Shown here: piece by piece, positions 57,902 to 64,000 of the stretch
How the letters are laid out: the number at the start of each line of letters is the position of its first letter
Numbering within the stretch: the first letter of the stretch is position 1
DNA from: a virus
Lineage: Duplodnaviria; Caudoviricetes
DNA: 64,000 nucleotides
Strand: one strand, 5' to 3'
IMG/VR virus record: IMGVR_UViG_3300014697_000001
Span: 160,001-224,000 of that record
Translations under genes and position numbers: made by a program
Notes under the pieces: generated by a model
Seen by the model: the letters and a program-made list of their open reading frames with translations, nothing else
Told to the model about the DNA's origin: nothing
Databases searched by the model: none

Positions 57902-59018
57902 AATTACGATGGCGTCCATCTCAGATATCCACTTGGCGCATCCGCGCACCAGTACGTACCACATTATCGACAATTTGCGAAAAGCCTTTCCCGATAATGC
58001 TGACACCGCCAAGTTGGATATCCTGTTCTTTGCCGGGGATGTCTTTGACCGGCTGATGAACCTGCCTCAGGACGAGGTGGATGCGATCCAAGAATGGATC
58101 GCCGACTTACTGAAACTGTGCGTCAAACACAACATCATTGTTCGGGTGCTGGAAGGCACCCCCAGCCATGATTGGCGTCAGTCCAAGCAGTTTGTCAACG
58201 TCAACAATTCGCTGCACATCAAAGCCAACCTTAAGTATGTCGATACCTTGTCCATCGAGGTGATCGACGAGCTGGGTGGGCTAAGTGTCCTGTATGTCCC
58301 TGATGAATGGAATGCTGACGCATCGGTGACCTGGCAACAGACCCTGGAGCTGTTAGGTATCCATGGGATGTCTCAGGTGGATGTGGCCTGCATGCACGGC
58401 TCATTTGACTATCAGCTGCCTGTGGAGTCAGTCAAAAACCACAACAGCGAACAGTACATGGCCATTGTGCGCAGCTACATCACCATCGGTCACGTGCACA
58501 TCCGTTCTGAGCGCGGCGGTAAGATTCTGGCCCAGGGTTCCTTTGACCGACTCTCACACGGTGAGGAATCTCCCAAAGGCCACTACCGTGCCTGTCTGTC
58601 TCCATCCGGTAATTACCACTGGTTTGTGGAGAACACAGGTGCTCGGATCTATAAGACCCTCGATTGTCGCGAGATGTCGACTGAGGCAGTGATTGCCTTG
58701 CTCGAGTCGTACGAAGATTGTCCTGATCTGTCCCGGTTTCGCCTGCTGATCACCCGTGGGTCTGTGGTTCAACATGGCATCAAGGATGTCCGACGTCGCT
58801 TCCCGCAGTTTGTCCTAAGTACCCAAATGGACGAGCTGAAGACTCAGGAGGACGCTGCGATTATCCAGGATAGACAGCCAGCCTTGAAGCCTATCAGCAT
58901 CACCCCGACTAACATCGGACACCTGGTAGCCGATCGGCTTAAGCGACTGTACCATGATGAGCACGATCCTGAAGTCATCTCGGTTCTGACTGTCCTAGGT
59001 AAATACAGTCAAGTATAG
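57867..59018 (+). CDS. SbcD/Mre11-like metallophosphoesterase nuclease
   Basis: SDIH, AGDVFD, GTPSHD, MHG and GHVH motifs. Confidence 0.88.
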   Translation: MKSTKTTSHPSEITMASISDIHLAHPRTSTYHIIDNLRKAFPDNADTAKLDILFFAGDVFDRLMNLPQDEVDAIQEWIADLLKLCVKHNIIVRVLEGTPSHDWRQSKQFVNVNNSLHIKANLKYVDTLSIEVIDELGGLSVLYVPDEWNADASVTWQQTLELLGIHGMSQVDVACMHGSFDYQLPVESVKNHNSEQYMAIVRSYITIGHVHIRSERGGKILAQGSFDRLSHGEESPKGHYRACLSPSGNYHWFVENTGARIYKTLDCREMSTEAVIALLESYEDCPDLSRFRLLITRGSVVQHGIKDVRRRFPQFVLSTQMDELKTQEDAAIIQDRQPALKPISITPTNIGHLVADRLKRLYHDEHDPEVISVLTVLGKYSQV

Positions 59019-59028
59019 GTAGACACCC

Positions 59029-59898
59029 ATGAGTAACAACGCGCAAGCCATGGCTGTTTTGTCCGAACGAGACCTTGGCCAGATTCCCGTGTCCATCGGA
59101 ACGAGTCTGGCCCTGGAAGGAGCCTTCGGGATTCTCGAGGACAACCACAACCCCAAGCCCATCATCAACCAGATCGATGTGCTGTATGTCAATATCCGAA
59201 CGCTGGTGCGTAACCTCGCCGGATCATTGAACCCCGAACTGGCGCATTACGTGTACCCGGAAGACATGGCGGCTATCTTGATCAACGAGATGACCGTCAT
59301 CGACCAGTCCATCCGTCAGATCACGAATGGACGGGCTCGAACTCAGTTTTACCTTTGTAACTATCGAGGACTGCCGAAACGATTCCCCTACGCTATTTTA
59401 AAGGCCGCTAACACCGAGCGTCAGAAACTTGCCGCCATTCGGGAAGAACAGACGGTCATTGAGCTGCTGGGTCTTCTGCCTAACCATCCGCACCTGAAGA
59501 CACTTGAGACGGACATCGATATCCCTAACGACCCGTACCGTGTACTGATGTTGACCAGTTATGCCGTAGACCTGCTTCAGCGTTATCGTTTCAGTGCCTT
59601 GACTTTGTTGGAATCGCACACGGGTGCTACCAAGGCCCAGACGTTCTGGCACACCAAGCTATCGAACGGTAAAGAGTTGACCAACATCCCTTTTGATCGC
59701 ATGACCCTGCAATTCTTTGGGGATGGAAGTAATCTCTTCACCGCATATCCGATCAAATACCGTCGGGTAATGCAGACGATCGCTGATAAAAACAAATGGA
59801 ACTCACTGACTACTAAAGACTACATTATCGACTGCATCAAGAAGGCCTATGAGCCCGAACTGGAGCGGCTGGTGATCAATCTCTACGCGAAAAGCTGA
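59029..59898 (+). CDS. Conserved protein (phiKZ gp66-like), possibly a 5'-nuclease-related fold
   Basis: SIGTSLALE, NIRTLVRN, LLESHTG and FGDG motifs; synteny. The fold assignment is tentative. Confidence 0.55.
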   Translation: MSNNAQAMAVLSERDLGQIPVSIGTSLALEGAFGILEDNHNPKPIINQIDVLYVNIRTLVRNLAGSLNPELAHYVYPEDMAAILINEMTVIDQSIRQITNGRARTQFYLCNYRGLPKRFPYAILKAANTERQKLAAIREEQTVIELLGLLPNHPHLKTLETDIDIPNDPYRVLMLTSYAVDLLQRYRFSALTLLESHTGATKAQTFWHTKLSNGKELTNIPFDRMTLQFFGDGSNLFTAYPIKYRRVMQTIADKNKWNSLTTKDYIIDCIKKAYEPELERLVINLYAKS

Positions 59899-59975
59899 GC
59901 CTCCTGAACCCCCTGTTAAAAAGAACCCATCACCTCTATATTGTAGAGAAAACGCCTAGACCGTTGGAGTACACC

Positions 59976-60716
59976 ATGAGCGAACAAAACCAGCGTCCTG
60001 AAACCATTCTGGACGATCCATCTCTGGCGTTGAAAGCCAAACGTCAAGACGGCATGGAAGGTGAACCTACCCTCCGCCCTAGCTACTACGAGAACAATCC
60101 CCGTCTGGTTGTGGCCACCAAAGTGCCGAACGACAAGAACAACGGCAAGATCGACGCCAAACTGTCGAACCGTGCGTTCTTCTCGATTCTGCGCGCCCTG
60201 GAAGCGGTAGCAAACAGCAAAGAACCGGTTGTCTGGTTCATGGACAACAAGGGCCATCGCTTCATCGACAAGAAGCGTGACCCGAACCCCTCGATCATGA
60301 GCTGCATCAAGATGGAAAAGAATGCCGAAGGCGTTATCTCCATCTGCATCAGTGCCGGTAAGACCCGTCCCCTGATCGAGTTCCCGTTCCTCGACGACAC
60401 CTATCACCAGTTCCGTGATGCGAACGGCTCCATGCCGGTAGCGATCGCTTCCCGCCTGTACTGCCTCGCCTGGATCGACACCATGCGCGAGTACATGGGT
60501 AAGGTACTTGAGCGTCATTACAAGAAGCCCGAGTGGATGAATCGCAACCGTGACAATGGCGGCGGTTTCAACCGTGGCAACGGTGGTGGTAACCAAGGTG
60601 GCTGGAATAACGGTGGTGGTAACAATGGCGGCGGTTGGGGTGGTAATGCTGGCCATACCAGCAGCGCACCCAGCAGCGGCAGCGACTTCAGCTTTGACTC
60701 GGACGTGCCTCTCTAG
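59976..60716 (+). CDS. phiKZ gp67-like protein with an SSB-like Gly/Asn linker and acidic tip
   Basis: 246 aa; GGN-rich tail ending SDFSFDSDVPL. Confidence 0.65.
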   Translation: MSEQNQRPETILDDPSLALKAKRQDGMEGEPTLRPSYYENNPRLVVATKVPNDKNNGKIDAKLSNRAFFSILRALEAVANSKEPVVWFMDNKGHRFIDKKRDPNPSIMSCIKMEKNAEGVISICISAGKTRPLIEFPFLDDTYHQFRDANGSMPVAIASRLYCLAWIDTMREYMGKVLERHYKKPEWMNRNRDNGGGFNRGNGGGNQGGWNNGGGNNGGGWGGNAGHTSSAPSSGSDFSFDSDVPL

Positions 60717-60749
60717 GACCTGAATACGAATTAAGCCTTGATCATGGAT

Positions 60750-60778
60750 CGACACAGGGTCGTAATGACCCTGTGTCG
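60750..60778 (+). terminator. Hairpin after the gp67-like gene
   Basis: CGACACAGGGTC-GTAAT-GACCCTGTGTCG. Confidence 0.55.
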
Positions 60779-60802
60779 GCCTTATACCCTATCGAGGTTT
60801 CA

Positions 60803-60836
60803 TTCAACCATTTTAAGGCGATACATTATCAGTCTG
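60803..60836 (+). promoter_or_regulatory. Putative early promoter of the nvRNAP/picA operon
   Basis: TTCAA-N14-TACATTAT-N5-TG. Confidence 0.65.
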
Positions 60837-60897
60837 ATCGCCGATCTATCAATCGGTATAACCATCCACTGATCTATCACCATCCTCGAGGTAATCG

Positions 60898-62463
60898 ATG
60901 CAGATCAATGTACAGGACATGTCCAGCAAAGGGATCTCCATGCTTCGTTTGGAGCACGGCGACAAAACTCTCATGCTGTCGGCTGGAAGTTACTACTCGG
61001 CTGCTATCATCAACCGCGAAATCTTGTTCAAGGAGACCAACGAGTTCATCGCCACCCTACCTGAGGCCGACCAGACCCGCTTGTGGGATCTGTACGTGCG
61101 CTCTGCCGAACTTTTGATGTCCGAGGAAATCCGTTCCTCGTTCCTGGTCCGTGGCGAAATTGAAGCCATCACCAAGGAAATCTACACCATCGTCACCTAC
61201 CCAGCGCTGCGCAGCTTCATTGACCGCGCAGGCCTCGTTGTGCCCTCGGATGTTTCTGACAAGTTCGAAGAACACAATGAGTTCGGGAGAAACTACCGCC
61301 GTAGCCGCACGTATATTCGTTCCGACTACATGGACATGGTTGCACTCGCTCTGGGTCTTCGCTTCATGGTGCCGATCTGGGGCATGTACATCCAGAACGT
61401 CGCTCCGATCAATGGCAACGGCTATAAGGAGTCGGAAGCGGTTAAGTTGATCGAACTGGCTGGACTGGATAAGTGGCCGCCTTATCTGCGCATGGTCGAG
61501 TACATCGAAGCCAGCGTGGATAACGATATCAGCATGACCATGGTCATGGCAGGCCTTTCGAGTGAAGAGGTACCTCGCCACCTGATGTCGATGGCCCTGG
61601 TGCGTAAGATCTCCATTGGTCCACTGTCCACTCCGGTGGAGCAGAACTCGTTGGCCCGAATTCTGTTCAACTACGTGACTGGTACTGCCATCCGCATGGA
61701 CGGTCGTTTCCAGTCGGTAACCGGTGTGGTTCAAGCCAAGCGTCGTCGTTCCATGGACATGTCCGATGAGGATAACTCCTCGGTGTGGGATGACTACAGC
61801 CAGGCAACTGAGATCTCGGAAGGTGATCGACAGGTCATCGAGATCTACACGGAAGGGGTGGAGCACATCGTGGCTCGGATGGCGCCTAATCTGCCCATCG
61901 GGCGAGTTGAGCAGTGCATCTCGATCTGTTCGCGCCATGACACCCGTCCAATCGAGCCGTTCCAGAAAGCCTTGGTGTTCTGGGTTATCCGCACCATCAG
62001 TCCCGAAGCCCGCGAGCTGCTGCAAAAGCTGACGCATTTCCGCCTGATGGGCATTGCCCAAGCCATCCTAGATCATTGGGGGTTCCACGAACTGGCCATC
62101 CTGGTGGCAGCCGAACAATTCATCGATGCCGACGGTGAATCGTTCATGCCCATGGAGACCCGGAACAAGATCACCCGCCAACAAGCGGAGGTCCTTGACA
62201 AGCAATACCCTCACTACCGACAAGAGACAAAGCGCCAAGAACCCGGCAAACGGTCCAACGTGGCGGTCATTGCGATCGACATGGTAGTGGACTGGATGTC
62301 AGGTAAGGCGTGGAAGCCTCATGCACCCAGAGACATCATCGAGAAGATCCCCATGCTGGCGCAGACCGGCCACATGTACATCTCCGGTGACATCAAACGT
62401 CAACTTGCCGACATGATCATTCATGTCAATCAACTACTTGGGAGTCAACATGGAACTAATTGA
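60898..62463 (+). CDS. Non-virion RNAP sigma-like specificity subunit (phiKZ gp68-like)
   Basis: 521 aa with TYIRSDY...LRFMVPIWG.Y motif; synteny. Confidence 0.75.
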   Translation: MQINVQDMSSKGISMLRLEHGDKTLMLSAGSYYSAAIINREILFKETNEFIATLPEADQTRLWDLYVRSAELLMSEEIRSSFLVRGEIEAITKEIYTIVTYPALRSFIDRAGLVVPSDVSDKFEEHNEFGRNYRRSRTYIRSDYMDMVALALGLRFMVPIWGMYIQNVAPINGNGYKESEAVKLIELAGLDKWPPYLRMVEYIEASVDNDISMTMVMAGLSSEEVPRHLMSMALVRKISIGPLSTPVEQNSLARILFNYVTGTAIRMDGRFQSVTGVVQAKRRRSMDMSDEDNSSVWDDYSQATEISEGDRQVIEIYTEGVEHIVARMAPNLPIGRVEQCISICSRHDTRPIEPFQKALVFWVIRTISPEARELLQKLTHFRLMGIAQAILDHWGFHELAILVAAEQFIDADGESFMPMETRNKITRQQAEVLDKQYPHYRQETKRQEPGKRSNVAVIAIDMVVDWMSGKAWKPHAPRDIIEKIPMLAQTGHMYISGDIKRQLADMIIHVNQLLGSQHGTN

Positions 62464-63928
62464 TATCGTTTTTCGTGAGCGTTCGGGCTATCGCGAGATG
62501 CAGCTGCGACCCTTCGACGCTGATGCCACGGGCGATCTCATCCGCCAGCTGAACGAAGACACCTCCGGCGGCAGTGACCTGACCCCGGCGGCATTGAGCC
62601 GTACAGCTGGGCGCATCATCCGTCCAGCCGCCAACGTCAGCGGCAGCGCCCTGATCAGTAATGGCTGGGGTGAAAAGCGCTTCATGTTCATCATGACCGT
62701 GCTGGTTCGTGAAGCTCGTGGTTCCCGTTCCACAGTGGAGATCACCGGACACACAGACCATGCCGATGCAGCCAATACCCTGCGTGGTGTTCGTCTGCCT
62801 GACGACATGTGCCTGTACTTCAACTCGATCACCGAGGTGAACCAAGCGTATCTGGACACCCCGACGCAACGCGGCTGGTGCACCCAGATTGCCGGTTCTC
62901 ACCACGTGATCGGTCCACAGACCCGTCCGAACTTCACCCGTGATCGTCTGTCTCCAGGCACAATGACCATGCGCCCCGAGGACGTGTTCCGGAACAACCC
63001 GAAGAACATTCTACAGAACAGCTTCAGCCGACTGGTTGAACGTGAAAGTGATTACCAGGACCTGCGCAACAGCTTCACCAGTGACTCGCTGCGTCTGTCC
63101 AACCGCTGGAATGACTCCTCTACCCGTTACCTGCACCGCTCCATCAAAGCGCTGGCAGTGGCCAATCAGGGCGAACAGTACGGCGAGGGTATGAGCCTTG
63201 AACGTGATCCTGGCGAGATTCTCAAGGATGCCCGTAAGCAGGTTCGTGAACGTACGGTGAGCCAGATGTCAGTGTTCGCAGACTTCAACCGGGATACCAA
63301 CATCCTGAGTCAGGGTTTCATCACCTACGGTGAGCTCTGTGCCATGAACCCGGACTTTGCCTGGGACGATGTCAAGGTGTTCTTCGAGCGTCCGGAGACT
63401 GCCCGTGATTATGCCACCACCACCAGCAAATGGGATGGGCGGGATAACACCACGATCGCGGCAATTCAGATCGCCCGTGCACTGCCGACGTACATGGCGT
63501 TTCACCACATTGCTTTCATCGACTTTGAAGCAAACAACATGTCCTACGCCGGACAGCCCGTCATCCTCATTCCAGAAGTCCTGCCGATCCTCGGCAAGGC
63601 CATCAACCAGAATGCGCTTCAGGCGTTTGAGCAGCGCCTGATCACCGAGCTGTTTGTGGACATGCTCCCGTGGGAAGACTGCATGTTTGACCTGCGGGTT
63701 AAAGCCACGCTCAGTGGCGATGTAGTCATCAGCATCAAACTGGAAGGGGAAGATCCGGGTGAGTTTGCCTTCCCGGTGTTCTGTGACTCCCTGGTGGCTC
63801 CAGTGGTCGTCGACGATTCGTCGTGCATCGACCGGATGAGCAAAACGCTGACCAACATCGTAGACCGCATTGGCGGCGACGATCACCTCAGCAACGAAAT
63901 TATCACTGACAGCAGCTGTCGCTTTTAA
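62450..63928 (+). CDS. picA: Phage-nucleus protein importer PicA/Imp1 (phiKZ gp69-like)
   Basis: 492 aa, GGAG RBS; RPF, ISNGW...RFMF, ITGHTD, YFNSI, RPEDVF and PVFCDSL motifs; directly after the gp68-like gene. Confidence 0.75.
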   Translation: MELIDIVFRERSGYREMQLRPFDADATGDLIRQLNEDTSGGSDLTPAALSRTAGRIIRPAANVSGSALISNGWGEKRFMFIMTVLVREARGSRSTVEITGHTDHADAANTLRGVRLPDDMCLYFNSITEVNQAYLDTPTQRGWCTQIAGSHHVIGPQTRPNFTRDRLSPGTMTMRPEDVFRNNPKNILQNSFSRLVERESDYQDLRNSFTSDSLRLSNRWNDSSTRYLHRSIKALAVANQGEQYGEGMSLERDPGEILKDARKQVRERTVSQMSVFADFNRDTNILSQGFITYGELCAMNPDFAWDDVKVFFERPETARDYATTTSKWDGRDNTTIAAIQIARALPTYMAFHHIAFIDFEANNMSYAGQPVILIPEVLPILGKAINQNALQAFEQRLITELFVDMLPWEDCMFDLRVKATLSGDVVISIKLEGEDPGEFAFPVFCDSLVAPVVVDDSSCIDRMSKTLTNIVDRIGGDDHLSNEIITDSSCRF

Positions 63929-63943
63929 ATAAAGGAGTCCTCA

Positions 63944-64000
63944 ATGGAACTGCATGATTTCAACGCTCGTCTGTTGAACAGTTTGAACATCATCGACGAG
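63944..64000 (+). CDS. Start of the next conserved gene (phiKZ gp70 position), truncated by the window
   Basis: AAGGAG RBS; MELHDFNARLLNSLNIIDE. Confidence 0.6.
   Translation, partial: MELHDFNARLLNSLNIIDE

Noticed and set aside
60550-60660. GGT/GGC/AAC low-complexity repeat as a DNA element or DGR template
   Set aside because: Explained by the Gly/Asn protein linker; no matching variable repeat or reverse transcriptase seen
1-64000. tRNA/rRNA genes and alternative genetic code
   Set aside because: No cloverleaf or rRNA-like sequence noticed in intergenic gaps by eye; core genes are full length in the standard code and all three stops are used

Overview
This window is a 64 kb segment of a phiKZ-like, nucleus-forming jumbo phage genome (Chimalliviridae-type). 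All assignments rest on protein motifs read from the sequence and on gene order recalled from phiKZ and SPN3US; no database search was run. From left to right it holds: (i) a baseplate-type gene and a 2096-aa tape-measure/lytic transglycosylase; (ii) three split virion RNA polymerase subunits, the prohead protease and internal head proteins; (iii) early accessory islands; (iv) tail tube, tail sheath, three conserved virion genes and the large terminase; (v) further early and late islands, then PhuZ tubulin; (vi) a tandem array of about 10 small, mostly acidic, probably paralogous ORFs; (vii) a family-B DNA polymerase, chimallin, non-virion RNAP beta-prime N, SbcD-like nuclease, an SSB-tailed protein, the sigma-like RNAP subunit and PicA. 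No tRNA, rRNA, CRISPR array, intron or intact mobile element was seen. The most interesting signals beyond the gene list are: the paralog array; an exactly spaced 8-copy early promoter; 11 hairpins followed by TATGCC; a catalytically dead, acidic GIY-YIG fusion; a C-terminal P-x-S-x-x-W tag; a stop codon placed just after a protease site with an in-frame coding-like tail behind it; a two-state RNA structure; and a hairpin-dense non-coding island.
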